Assembly (NCBI GenBank): GCA_965235115.1
Contig: OZ249437.1
Location: 19,716,001-19,780,000 of the forward strand
DNA from: Laetmonice hystrix
Taxonomy: Eukaryota
Reading direction: 5' to 3'
Length of the DNA stretch: 64,000 nt
Below, one piece after another: positions 38,721 through 52,139 of this stretch. The notes below the pieces were generated by a model, which did not search any database, was not told the origin of the DNA, and was given only the letters and a program-made list of their open reading frames with translations. A program made the translations under genes and the position numbers. Positions within the stretch are counted from its first letter, which is position 1. Each line of letters opens with the position of its first letter.

Positions 38721-40540
38721 CAAGTTTTACCTGTGATTTACCAGATGGTGGGAGTAAACTTTTTGTGGGACGACCATGCAGACTCCATTCCGACTGGAGT
38801 AAAAACTAGGTTACCCAGCTGGTCGACAGCCAGCATTTTCTCATACGTTAGGCGGCACAGTGACGTCTGACCAGATTGAGTTTCATTCCTCTTAATTTAT
38901 CATATCTCAAACCCAAATTTAACATGTTGTATGGCACTTCTCCATTGACTTTGTTTGGGACGAACTTGCCGCGCTCTAAGTGCAGATCTATGTGAAAAAT
39001 GGTGACATGGAGTAAAGTGGACTTTGAATGAGTAGGACATGCAGGTCAGTGGTGCCTGAATGGCCTAGCGTATCAATAACAACGTGTCACGTATAGAGCG
39101 TACAGATGCTGGGTGAAGCAGGTTATCGATATATGTAGAGGAGTGGTCCACATAAGTGGTGCGTCCCCGCCGGATGTCGGGTGGTCGGAGCCGATTGTGG
39201 TCAGAGATTGGCAGGAATTAACAGGGCTAGATCCCCATGGAAACTTTCCCATGAAATTTGGGTGTAAGAATAGATCTAGGAATGTTCCTCACAACTTTCC
39301 TAATCCTGGCCTACTCGCGGTCCCAAGACCTGCCCAGTGGCGTATTTAGGGGAAGGAGGGATCAGGCCTTGCCCCTCCCTTACTCTATCCTCAGCCCTGT
39401 CCTCAACCCTACCCTCTGTCCCCAACCCTACCCCCCCCCCCCCCATTCCGTGGGAATGGTACCATAGCGGAATGAACGAATTGACAGGTATAGCCATGGC
39501 GGGAGAGGACGTCGCAGTCAGGGGTCTGTGTCTATGTTATCTTCAGTGATATATGGGGAGTATCTGAAGCCGTAGGTCGGACTTATAAATATGAAACAAC
39601 GGAGATTGAGTTTGGTTGGGGATCTGTCGAGATAGGACAAACCCGGCGCCGCTCTGGGTGAGCTGAGACTGAGAGGTCGAGTGCCGGACAGCCTGCACCC
39701 CCTCCCGTGTCCGGCCGGCATGGAAACCACGGGGGTGGTTGTTTGGAGTTTCTACTCATTACCATCCCAGGTCAAACCTTGGTCATTACAAGTTAACATG
39801 CCATGGCGTCCTGCCATTCCAAACCTTCCTGCCATTCTAGGTCGTCTTACCAGGTCGTTCTGCAGTTCTCAATCCTCGTGCCTCCCGAAGTGATTAGGTT
39901 GAATGTTGGAAGATGTTGTATACTCAACCAAATAGAATTTTAGTACAGCAACATGGAAAAAGTAGAAATACATGGGCTTGAAGACATATCGAATGCCCTC
40001 TCACTTTGACTGACTGTCAAACGGCCTTTGACAACACCTTGACAGCGCATGAGCAAGTGACTAGAAGAATTATCTTTGCCCGGCCTTATTTTCTCGTCAG
40101 AGAGTTGCGGCCGAGACCTGTGAGCCCAAAGTTATGTCAGGAAGCCCAGTAACATGGCCAGCTCGACAACACCATGGAAAGTTAATTTGGTTCGTTTACA
40201 AGTTCATCTATCCCAAATTGGGCACGAGCAGTAAAAAAAACCTCATTCCATGAAACCGCAGCGTTTCTTTCCGCACACATATTTTGCCATTCCGTAAAAA
40301 GAATTTCTCAGAATGAGGAAAATTGCGTGTCTCTTCTTTCACTTGCTAGGCTGCCAACGAACTTTACGGTGATAAAAACCAAGAAGCAAATAGTTTTGAT
40401 GTATACACCATAAAAGTATTATTTTGATGTGATATATGAAAAGTAGTTTATTCAAGAGGGTAAAAAAGATACTGTACTAGTAGGTCTTGATCCATGAATG
40501 TTTGCCAAGCCGTTATCATACACAGCGTCTCGTCATGTAA

Positions 40541-41304
40541 GCCCCAGTCACACAAGAGGTACGACCAACCGCCGACTTCCGACAACCAAAAAAAGCTGCG
40601 ACCAACGACAACCAATGACGATCACAACCCCGAAATCTGCAAGATTTTGCAGATTGGGCAATTAGTTACCGATCGGTTGGACGACAGGTTGCCGAGTGTC
40701 ATACGAAAATTGTCCGATCATCAAAGATTTTTGAAGACTGATGAGCGACCGTTCGTGGGAATGTTGGCAAATGGTCGGCAACTGCTCGGCGATTTATCGG
40801 TGATAATTAACAACTGGTTGCAGATTAGTGGCCGATGTTCGTATGGCGCTTGGTAATTTCTTTAAAGATTAGTATAGGGGGTATAAATATGAGGCTGCCT
40901 GGAGGTTGTTTGTTGTCGATGTTCGGCGAACCTTTGGCGAATGATCGGCGATCGATCGTGTATTTTTCTCCAATTGGTTGCCGATCAGTTGCTGGAGTTT
41001 GCCGACCAAAAACTGCTCGGCAAGAGCCGGCAGACAGTCTGAGACCAATCGGAGAAATGTCGCCCAACCTCGGACAAACGATTAAAGACAAGAAAAACCT
41101 TTTCCCGACCAGTTTGGTCGGCAGAAGGTTTTCGATGCAGCAGCATAAACCTCCAGCCGACCAAAATGCTCCAACAACCACTTACCGAACACTGGTAACC
41201 TTTTACAGACTACCAAAAACCTGTATAGAACCTCTGACAACCAACTCCCGACCAGTGGTTGTCAGAAGTCGGCAATAGGTCGTACCTCCTGTGTGACTGG
41301 GGTC
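40541..41304. mobile_element. Non-autonomous DNA transposon, PIF/Harbinger (Tourist)-like
   Basis: About 50-bp imperfect terminal inverted repeats (GCCCCAGTCACACAAGAGGTACGACC... and ...GGTCGTACCTCCTGTGTGACTGGGGTC), with TAA on both flanks and no transposase ORF. Confidence 0.8.
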
Positions 41305-42438
41305 TAATTAGCGAGTGACCATTGGGGGTTTGTGTACACGGTTAGAACCTTGCACACTGAAAGGGAACCTATAGATAGAAAAAAACGGCGGAGTCAAGAA
41401 ACCCCTTCGAAGCCCCTAAGGGGACATAGGTGGGGAAACAGTATGTTATTTTGTTCTCACGAAATGATTTAGAGGGAAAGAAATAACATATTTCGTTCCC
41501 TCGAAGTAATTTTGGAAAGTTGGAACTGACGTGGCGTCATGGCATCCTCTCCGCAACTTCAGGATCATTTTAATCCCGCCAAGTTAAAGTGACTTCCAAG
41601 ACTCGGTCAGAGGCAGGCAGTCAAGGTTTTGCAGCAGGTGAAAGATGAAACCTTGTGGACCCCTTCCTCCACACCAGACACCCCTGGGTGTTGACACAGA
41701 TTGTGCTGTGACAGATTGAGTGTGAAAGGTGATCCGCTGTAATTAACAACGCGTGGATCCGAGGTCCCGTTTCCTGGTAAGCTCCTCTAGAAATATTAAA
41801 CTGAGCTTAAATACAGAGAGAGTAAGGTTCTCAAGTTACCTGCCTATTAGTGAAACTTGTTTTCATTGCTAATCGAGCCAGCTTTTTTTCACATTTCCTA
41901 GATATAAACATCGTGAAAGAGAAAGTGAAAGCGAGTTGTTTCCAGGAAGGCCCTCCCTTATCAAGAAATACATATGATACACGGCGGGTTCAGGAGTATA
42001 ACGTCGCTTCAGTGTCGGCATAGGGTAATGTAATCCCGTGGTTCTGTGGATACTAGGATAGGATAATGTAATCCCAAGGTTCTGTGGATACGATACAAAG
42101 GTTGTGTGACGCACACACAGTCGTACCAAGGATGTTGGAATAATTTCACCATCTGTGGTCGCATATTCGTGAGATGTGAACATGGCTGGAAAACGGCCAC
42201 TTCCCGGTTAAAAGAACCTTTTCGATAACACGAGGTTTTCTTCAGATGCGTTAAGTCGAGGGGAAAAAACAAGATCCGCGTAGTTTTTTCTTCTTCCTCT
42301 GTATTTTTGGTTTACTTACCAGTGTTTACAGTGCCTGTTACAATAAACTTTCTCATTACTGATGATATAATTTCAGTGGTCAGGAGAATAAGACGTGTAT
42401 TTGAAGTGACCATCATAACTCGCAGTGGAAGGACTTAA

Positions 42439-42779
42439 AGGTGCTATTCGTCTCGCACAGAATGGCATTTCTCCTATCATACATTGTGCACATAGTACTA
42501 GAAAAAATTCCTACCGATACCATTGGCCTGATAAACCTTCTATTAGTTTGTGTGCAGCATTTGAAACCTATCTCGGTGCGCACCGAGATAGAGCCATTTC
42601 CTATGGTGGGGCGTGTCAGAGTCTCCACAGGCCTTCTGAGAGAGCCCCATTTGTGCCGTTATCCATGAAAAATTTTAATTTCCTTTGTTGTGAATCTATT
42701 TCCATGATAGGTGGGATCACATAAACGTCAACAAAATTAAAAATAAAAAAATTGATTTTTTTGTTCACGAATAGCACCT
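42439..42779. mobile_element. TTAA-flanked MITE (Kolobok-like)
   Basis: TTAA|AGGTGCTATTCGT ... ACGAATAGCACCT|TTAA: a 13-bp perfect terminal inverted repeat inside a TTAA duplication. Confidence 0.8.
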
Positions 42780-43053
42780 TTAAGGCCATTCGGACTTTCG
42801 ACAGGATAAAATTTTGATAACGGGCAATACGTCTGAGTGCCTGCGTCACTGTAACCAGGACAGATGAAAGGGTGGAGGTGTGTGTGACTGACAACGTCAT
42901 CAGTCAGTGGGTCCTTACACACCCTAACTCTGGGGTAGGTGTCGTACCCCAGTACCCCCCCCCCCCCCCCGCCTCAATCCATCTGGTGCCCGGATAACAC
43001 GTCCGTGACCTCCAACTTACCCCACGCCCACCGTGAGAGGACCAATTACGGCG

Positions 43054-43241
43054 ATATGTCCGGCTATATTCATTGACCAAACCCACAATGAAGCCGGATT
43101 AATATGCCCGGCTATATTCATTGACCAAACCCACAATGAAGCCGGATTGATATGCCCGGCTATATTCATTGACCAAACCCACAATGAAGCCGGATTGATA
43201 TGCCCGGCTATATTCATTGACCAAACCCATAATGAAGCCGG
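43054..43241. repeat. 48-bp unit, four copies
   Basis: atatgcccggctatattcattgaccaaacccacaatgaagccggattg. Confidence 0.92.
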
Positions 43242-44665
43242 ACTGTCGAGTACAAATGATTGGCTTCGCTAGTCACCGAGACACCCTGAGAATGGCATTT
43301 AATTACGAACAGTAAGAATCGGCGACAAGAGGGTTCTCTCCTTCAAGGTGTTTAATTCGTCCAGTTCGTGCAATGGGCATGTAGGATGCCTAGCAACAGA
43401 TTGATTGAATGAGGTCTTGGCATATCTCAGGCCCAATGTTTGTGCTTGAACTAGGCCGAGATCTACGGCAGCAGTTTAGGGCCACAAAATATTTGTTCAA
43501 ATCACGTAATAACGACTTTAAATCAATCTCGTAACTAGGACCTTTGTTCTCGTTATTAAGACTCACTGTCTCGTTATTAAGACTTTCTGTCTCGTTATTA
43601 AGACTTTCTGTCTCGTTATGAAGACTTTTTATCTCCTTATTAGGACTTTCTATCGCGTTATGAAGTCTTTTTGTCGTAATTACGTTGTTTTATTACAAAA
43701 TGGGCGCATGTTAAAAAATAGGTCGATTATTACAGAATGGGCCCTTAACGGGGCTCAAATAGTTTGCTCGGCTTCTATGGCTTCTATGGCTTCGAACACC
43801 GGAACAGGGTGTTTTATTGCAGGAACGTTATTTGATAAATTACCCAAAGCAATATTCAACCACAACACGGTGATCTCATTTTGACGATGGTGTTTATTAA
43901 AACAGGTTGCTTGGGTGATGGCAAATTCACCAAATAATGTTAAAACTCCAAATAATAATGGTCCTATTTCATCTGGGGAATTCTGCACAGATTTTGAAGG
44001 AGGTAAAATATGGAATTAATTACATTTTTAATTGTTTGAGATTGCTACCAGATGGCGGACGCTGCAGTCCGTGCCATGTAGTTGTGTAATGTGCACAGAA
44101 GCCTACGTCATGACCGCGGGATTCCCGATTCGTATCAATGCTGAGGGCAAAGATGAACATCTTCCCGATTCGCGGATTTCAACTTTTTTGAGACTGAAAT
44201 TTGTGTTAAAATCCCACTTCAGTACCACCGGATACACTAAAATGCACTAAATTTGTGTCAGATTCATATATAGTTTCCGCGAACTGTTGGAACTACACAG
44301 TAGGGCGGTAGAACATGAAGTGGTGATGTGGTCGAGCCTCGTCACAGACGTTTTACGCCTGTAGATTTTGGCCTGTCTTACATCCGAGGGTATTTCTCAA
44401 CCGGAAATGAAATGACCTTGGACGTTCCGATTGGCTCAGACCATGGAGGGGGTGGGGTGGGGTGGGGGGGGGGGGTTGAGGGGCAGTGTGACCACATCCT
44501 TCCCCGTGGAGGAGGAGGAGGAGCAGTGATTGGCTTGCAAAGATCATTGACGATAGCAGCCGTCGCAATGTAGACTTTTTATTCAATACCGAGAGGGATT
44601 GGATTGATTCCTAACCCAGATGATGTTTACACATCGCCTGGCATCGTGATAAGTACCTCCCCGCC

Positions 44666-45386
44666 CTCCGAGCCTCTCTCAAACCATTGTGCTGGCCAGG
44701 AGTCTCCATCCGAGCCTCTCGCAAACCATTGTGCTGGCCAGGAGTCTCCATCCGAGCCTCTCTCAAACCATTGTGCTGGCCAGGAGTCTCCATCCGAGCC
44801 TCTCTCAAACCATTGTGCTGGCCAGGAGTCTCCATCCGAGCCTCTCTCAAACCATTGTGCTGGCCAGGAGTCTCCATCCGAGCCTCTCTCAAACCATTGT
44901 GCTGGCCAGGAGTCTCCATCCGAGCCTCTCTCAAACCATTGTGTTGGCCAGGAGTCTCCATCCGAGCCTCTCTCAAACCATTGTGCTGGCCAGGAGTCTC
45001 CATCCGAGCCTCTCTCAAACCATTGTGCTGGCCAGGAGTCTCCATCCGAGCCTCTCTCAAACCATTGTGCTGGCCAGTAGTCTCCATCCGAGCTTCTCTC
45101 AAACCATTGTGATGGCCAGGAGTCTCCATCCGAGCCTCTCTCAAACCATTGTGATGGCCAGGAGTCTCCATCCCAGCCTCTCTCAAACCATTGTGCTGGC
45201 CAGGAGTCTCCATCCCAGCCTCTCTCAAACCATTGTGATGGCCAGGAGTCTCCATCCGAGCCTCTCTCAAACCATTGTGCTGGCCAGGAGTCTCCATCCG
45301 AGCCTCTCTCAAACCATTGTGATGGCCAGGAGTCTCCATCCGAGCCTCTCTCAAACCATTGTGCTGGCCAGGAGTCTCCATCCGAG
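44666..45386. repeat. 42-bp unit, about 17 copies
   Basis: ccgagcctctctcaaaccattgtgctggccaggagtctccat. It explains the overlapping repetitive ORFs on both strands. Confidence 0.96.
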
Positions 45387-46712
45387 TCGAGATCTTCACA
45401 ACTTACCCCTTAATAAAGTCTCCGGACACACTCATAACATCAGCCCTTCGTGAAGCCTCCAAATACTGCTACATTGCGGTGCAGATGAAATGTACAAAAG
45501 AAGTGGAGAGGAAACAGCATATATTTATATATTATAATTACAGAAAAAGAAATTGTATAGAAACTTTCACAAATGTGATAAAACTTTCCCATACCCTGCA
45601 GCAGACAAAGAATGATTACACTTGCCCCATATCATCTGTGATATACCTTGTTGATGACGAACTCAGATCACGCAGGAAGAACATCATATCTGGGGTAATA
45701 ATATTTTTCCTGACCAAATAGCCTGACCTGGCCTGATGAGCAATATTTCCAGGCTGAAGCCTCTCAAGTAGAAAGATGGATTGCGTTATGATCCGATGTG
45801 GTCAATACACAGCGAACTTTACTAGTTTACAAAGACATCTCTATATTTATATAATTGTCAGAAGGTCAGGACCAAACAGGATATATATTTATACATTTAA
45901 AACATCCAGCATTTTTAATAGACGAGTGTCACGGTCAATAATAAAATGTTGGTGTGGTATTGCCCATGTTGATGTGGTATTGCCCATGATGGCGTGGTAT
46001 TGCCCATGTTGGTGTGGTCTCTCATGACAGTGGAAACCGTCCGACACATCCAACCGGTCTCTCACAGACTGTAATCTTCCTAGAGGCGGTAGCGGTTGAG
46101 ATGAACTCCTGCTGCCCGCCAGTCCTTTACTCGAGACAATAATGAGAGTTATGTTGTCGAGGAGTCCAACTGAAGCTCTACCAGTGCCACCAGGGACAGC
46201 TAATATCCATCTGTTCTGTCTGCTTGTGTGTGTGTGGGGGGGGGGGGGGGGGGGGGGGGGGTGGAGGTGGCCGAGCGGTTAGAGGCTCAGGCTGTGGGCT
46301 AGAGTACGACCCTCCCCCATACCCAATACCCAGTGCTCCAGACTGAGTTACCAAAGGCCAGGCGTGTCCACAGTGTTGAACGTTCCCGGTGCGCGGGTTT
46401 CCCCTGTATCAACTCATCAACCCGCATTTAATAAACGAAGAAGACTTGTTGCAATCCTGCAGATGGCCAACAGTTGGCGACAGTAGGCCTACCAACCCAA
46501 CACCGTCTTCTTTCCCGGCAGCCAGTCATATCAGAGCTTTATAAGAATCGTTGAGATTGCAGCCGTCACTCAAACTCATTAGTATAGGTATGGTGAGTGG
46601 TGAACATATTAAGACATAAGATCCACACCTGTGAACCAATCATGTGGGTGTGGGGCACGACTTAATTATGAGGCACGATTCAGTGTACACCCTCCATTAC
46701 TCTAGGCCCCAG

Positions 46713-46889
46713 GGCCCGGTTTTTAGTTCGTCATTTTACCAATCCTAAGACTGGAATTTTAAGACTGACTTGTCTTATGGTCTCTCATTGGCTGACTTCA
46801 TTTGAAGAACCAATCAGAAGCTCTGAAACAAGAGTTCAGTCTTAAGATTTGAATCTTAAGACTCGGTTTGCCAACTAAAAACCAGGGCC
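46713..46889. mobile_element. MITE with GGCCCGGTT-type ends (same end family as 27457)
   Basis: CAG|GGCCCGGTTTTTAGTT ... AACTAAAAACCAGGGCCTG. Confidence 0.7.
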
Positions 46890-49800
46890 TGGGCATACAC
46901 CGACAGATGGCGTTAGCAGTACTGCGGTATGGTTTCTGCGGTATGGTTGCTGTGGTATGGTTGCTGTGGTATGGTTGCTGCGGTATGGTTACTGCGGTAT
47001 GGTTGATGGTTGGCCCATCGACAGCCGTTGTGAATGATGCTATAAAAGTTATCCCTTTAAACCCATTCGGAACACCTCGACTTCCAGTTCCGCTTCGCTA
47101 CTGTTGTAGTCTCGGGCCTCGCAGGATGTAGAGATATTGCGTAGATTCCACGGGTTGGGGCGCATTACAAATCGCGTAGTGCACAAAGTAGTTCAAAGAT
47201 CGTCGGTGTCCGGCCTAGCGAGGGATTGTTCGTCGGGTTAGTTATATTTGGGTTTAGGCCAAAGTGGGCTGTCGGACTATTGGGCTATCGGACTAAAGGA
47301 CCTAGGGCCTTAAATTTACCTTAGGCTTACCCAATGCCAAGGGCGATTTCATACAACTAACCAGGACCTCCTAAACACGCGGCGATCTTCACTTTTAATG
47401 TGGCTCAATAGCTGTCAGTGTATTGTGATAGCCATCTGGGCCTACACTTTATCATTGAAATTCTGTGGTTTCCAAAAGATGTTGAATCAAGGTGTTGAGG
47501 CCGGCGAGCGTCGATCTACCGTCGGACGGTAAAAAATGGATATTGTCAACATCTAAAAAACGATGTATAGTTGACTGAATAGATTTTCGTTGACCGATAA
47601 TCTACCTGGCAGAGGTGTCAAGCGGATATCTGCTTTTAAACAAGCCAGACACTGATTGTCTTTCACCTTTTTACACGTGATCGTGATGAAAGAAGCTCCA
47701 ATGCGACGACCGTGATGACCGAGAGGAACATCCCGGACAGTCCCGAGGTGGGCCGAAGACCTTTAAACCATTACCTCATACAGAATTCACACAGTATATT
47801 TAATGCCCACAGATGACTGAACACAGTTTGGCGCTGGACTCAGGAGTTTATTGAGATTATTAAGGCTAATTATTATGAGAATGTCTTCTGTAACCAGTGA
47901 ATATACCTAAGCATGACCGTTCGTGAAGAGAATTCCGAATTCTGGATTAAGCCATCATGGCGGCGACTGGCTAAACTAGTTAATTCCAGTTCCAGTGTTC
48001 TCCCCTGCATTACAAATACTGTCGCTATGGGGGTCCCCATTATTCACGGGCAGTAGACTTTTATGTTGTTCAGCCCCTTCTTGAATTCTCCTATTTTTTG
48101 GCGGGGGGAGGGGGCTAACACTTTTATGTTTGTACTGTCACATGTGGTGGTGGACCTCGCACCAGTAAAACGAACCGACTCTGTCTGCACCTGGAACAGC
48201 TCAGATTATTGCAAATTCTCTTTTTACCACACTCCATGTCACTTTCCATGCCATTTCTTACTGACGTCACATAGGCTTAAAGCAGTTTTGTTCGAAATGT
48301 GACACGTTGTTGTAAGAATTTCGACATTTTAACCTGTAAAACGTGTCTTGCTGACAATGATGAGAGGGAACCTTTCGATGTGGCCGCCACAAGGTGACTT
48401 TCTGCAGCCAACAGACAGCAATCAATTATTCAGGACGTTTGAACGCGTGGCGCCCCGACCGCCGGCAGTCGGGACGGGGGACCAAGGGGGTCGTATTCAG
48501 TCAGTTTGGACCGGCGGTTTCGACTGGGACCGACAGGTTGGACCGTTAATGTTGTAATCGAGGAGAATGGAAGGTTTATACCTACAGGCTGCTGCTAACC
48601 ATGTCAACAGGAGGCCGTTGTTGTAGGATATGTTCAGGAGATTGGTCTTGGAACCATTTCCTCTAACGGTTGATTGGTTTCTCAGCCGACTTTAGGAGAT
48701 AACTTAGTCTTGGGGAGTGATTCTCCACCAGAGCTCGAGTCGTTCTGCAGTGATGGCCTCTCACTACTAAACTTGATGGAGATTGGTGTTTGCCAGTAAT
48801 TGTGTTGGTAACCTATGTTTAGGAGTTTACTAATTGACCCTCAGTAGATGTATCGAACGCGCATGACCAGCTGTATTTAGGTCAAGTCCGTCCAGCCAAT
48901 CGCACACGTCCTGTTAGTCTTGCTCGCCGCAGGACCTTCACACCTTCACTCTCAGTTTTTGGACAAGTCCCTTGCCAACTCGGGCCATGAACTGTCCAGC
49001 CGGCATGCAAAGAAAAACCGGCTAGGCAAGGACAGTGACTATTTGGGAGTTTCAAATGTGACAAAGAAAGCGGCCCTTCAGACCTGGTTTTTTTCGACAG
49101 CCAATGAGATGCTCGATAAGCTGAAGCATGCATGGCAGCTTCCCAATGGTTAAACTTTAAGGGACCTGAAAGCGAGAGAATTCTTTGGGCTAATATGTCT
49201 GGATTAGTTATTGTCACTGGTTAAAAAGAGGCGGAGAGCCCAATAAATAAATTATAGACAGATGTATTTTTGATTGGCGGTACCCTAGTCGCGGGACTGA
49301 GTGTGAGTCTTCGCTTAGTGAATAGACCACTAAAGTGGACCTGTCGACTGTCACTCGGTTTACAGGGTTTGACATACGCTCTCTGCCAGGCGGGATCCTG
49401 TCTTGAGGACCACAGAATGTGTGGTGGGGGTATAAGATAGCGACCACCACTACCACCAGGTCCATCGACTCCAGCCCACCGCCCCACCATCAGTACTTCC
49501 AGTGGGTACCTCCAGCGGGTACCTCCAGTAGGTACCTCCAGGGCAGGCATCCAGCACGTTCTAGAAAACGTGAGCCACACACCAGCACGAATGTAATTTT
49601 CTTGTAAACGAAGACAGAAGTCGCCCAGCGTCATCAGCTAATGGTGAAAGCAAATCATGTTATCCATTTCCCGGCCAGAGGAGTCCTTACCAAACCGTGG
49701 TACTGGGAGCATGGTTATATCTACATTATCACCCCGATGGGATGCTCCCGGGAACATACCACTCTCCCAGTACGGGCTGGGGACGGTAACTGACGCTAAT

Positions 49801-51058
49801 ATATGACATTAGTGATAAGGAATAAGTGCACGAAGCTGTTTGAAGTACACGAGCTCTCACTATAGCTTCCTGTGATAATGTTGATCTGAAATATGAGGAT
49901 GGCTTACTGTAGTATAGATAAGGACGTGAGGAGTATCTCAGGAGTACATGAGAAAGGTGACATAATGTGATCCGAGCGGCTAAACTGGTACAGATAACTA
50001 CCAATTGTTGAATTAATTATACACACCTATTGTTCATCATATCATGGCTTCATACAATATGAAACTGTATTACACCTGGGAATTTATAACCATTTATAAC
50101 CATGGGACCTTGCGTAGCACAGCAATATATCGGGTGGGCATAAAAATAAACTATATCTCAAAAATTACTGTTCCAGACTTTGTAATAACGTCCTACCTGG
50201 TTTTACTTGAACAGGTGGTCAATTGGACATACTTTTAATTTTTGTCTCTTTGGAAGAACTATTTGAAATATCAATTTGAAAATTTCAACAGGATAGGAAT
50301 TTCAGTTGGTGTTTACTCCTGTAATATTAACTTCTCAGAAACTTGTGAGAGAGTTTCTGAAATAGTTCGACACGTTTTTTATGCCCTCCCTATATATGTT
50401 GCCATAGCGGATGATACCAGGTAATATTTGTTGGAATATTAAAAAGACATAGAATCGTTTATTGTTTGTGATCACGATATGGGGTGCTTCTAATCAGAAC
50501 CAGTTGCCTGGAGTTGCGACCACTTGCATGGAGTCGGGTCGGGCGGAGGCGGTATGTGGTTTCAACGTAGAAAACAAAAGTCGGATGAATTGAAGTAGTT
50601 GAGTCGGAGTGGCACGTATACAATAAATAGTGCCGTGGTTCCTATATATGTACATGTAGTAAGAAAAGGTGTGTTTCCTGACCTTTGAGGATCAGTGAGG
50701 TTGGAGGATACATTAATCCGGTGGGCAGATGAAGGGGACCCTGATAATACGGCAGCTATAGCAGACGATACAGGTACATATTGACATTGTACCAGCATTC
50801 AATGACGGAGACATGATCATTGCCAGCAGGAAGTGGTAGGCGGTTTTGCTGTCATTGATATCGAGTTTGTAGCACTAACAGATTTTAGGATTAGTTTGAC
50901 CTGGGATGCCGGGGTCGTTTCACTATTTAACAGCGACGATCCAAACTTCCACCAGAGGTCGCTTTTGCTGTAGTCTCCAGAGTACGAGCATGCGCAGTTT
51001 GGTCGACGATCGTGGGAATAATGGTCTCCTGCAAGCATTCGGGACTCCCTCGGGCATA

Positions 51059-51073
51059 TGACGTCACTTCCTG
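51059..51073 (-). promoter_or_regulatory. Overlapping ETS-CRE composite-like motif
   Basis: The + strand reads TGACGTCACTTCCTG, i.e. CAGGAAGTGACGTCA on the - strand, one mismatch from the ETS-CRE composite CCGGAAGTGACGTCA. It lies about 0.9 kb upstream of the UCR1 exon. Confidence 0.4.
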
Positions 51074-51959
51074 CTATTCGAATATACCCTCGGGTGGAAT
51101 AGCGGCCATGTTTGGCAACCAGATACACGGCCAAATGGAGGTGTGTAGCGAGGCACTGAGTGAACCGTCATATCCCATCGAGCCAGGAAGTAGTGCATTA
51201 TTGACACCTGCTCCTTCGGCGTTGTATGTGCAAATATAAATTTCTGGTATGAAGGGGAACGTTTGAAGAAGAAAAATGAATCACCCAATTTACATAAATG
51301 GGCGTCAATACGGTAATTTATCAAATTCTGGGAAGCAATATGGCCGCGCCCATGTACGACACTGGCCCGACACATGGTAGGACTACTTGTAATCATGTTG
51401 TAATTTAAGTTGTATCATGACATGATACTATTGTAATATTGCCCACTGACTTCGGTGAAAGCATTGTAGGCCTATTTTAGTTGCTTCCATGCCTGATGCA
51501 GACAAAATACTGCAAGCACTGCCATGCTGTCGAGAGTCCCGGCTAAATGTACCCGCGATGCAATGCTCAAAATGGCACCTATTTCACCCGAGGCTACTTT
51601 CGAAGATATGGCCGAGGATTCCCGAATGTCCTGCAAGGCGGCCGTCTCGCCGTCACTGCGAGTGGAGCGCCCTCTGTTGACATTGCGGTGACTTTTGTAA
51701 ATATGGAGTCACTGCAGAGTCCACTGTTCTGCCTGCTTGCCGCACTTTCTAATTAAACTCATTATCTCAGACAAACCACACAAGAATGGAAAAATACTTC
51801 CACATCGGAGAAAACGTTGTTCAATATTCTTTCAATAATTTGTCGATTAATATCTTTAATCTGCAAATTTTACAGCTTATATTCCTTTTTAGGCGATCAT
51901 CGCAAGCTAATTGCAAAGACCATTGAAATGTCTGTAACACGTTCTCTGTATATTTCCAG

Positions 51960-52139
51960 CTTCGATGTGGAGAATGGGACGTCGCCAAATCGGAGTCCAT
52001 TGGACGGGGCAAGTCCATCGTCTGGACTCGTGCTACAAAATCTTCCACAGAGAAGGGAGTCCTTTCTCTACCGATCTGACAGCGACTTTGAATTGTCACC
52101 AAAGTCGCTGTCAAGGAATTCCTCTCTCACCAGTGAACT
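51960..52139 (+). CDS. PDE4: Internal coding exon of cAMP-specific phosphodiesterase 4 (long-form UCR1 exon)
   Basis: Translates (S)[59 protein letters not shown](L), matching the conserved PDE4/dunce UCR1 start. The PKA motif RRESF is at 52051-52065. Acceptor tatttccag ends at 51959 and donor CT|gtaagt starts at 52140. The exon is 180 nt and phase 2 at both ends, as I recall for vertebrate PDE4. Confidence 0.96.

Noticed and set aside
44604-45453. METPGQHNGLREAR and SEPLSNHCAGQESP repeat ORFs
   Set aside because: A 42-bp tandem repeat that is open on both strands.
46262-46290. tRNA-like GGTGGCCGAGCGGTTAGAGGC
   Set aside because: Only an A-box-like head is present, with no B box or cloverleaf. 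At most it is a SINE remnant.
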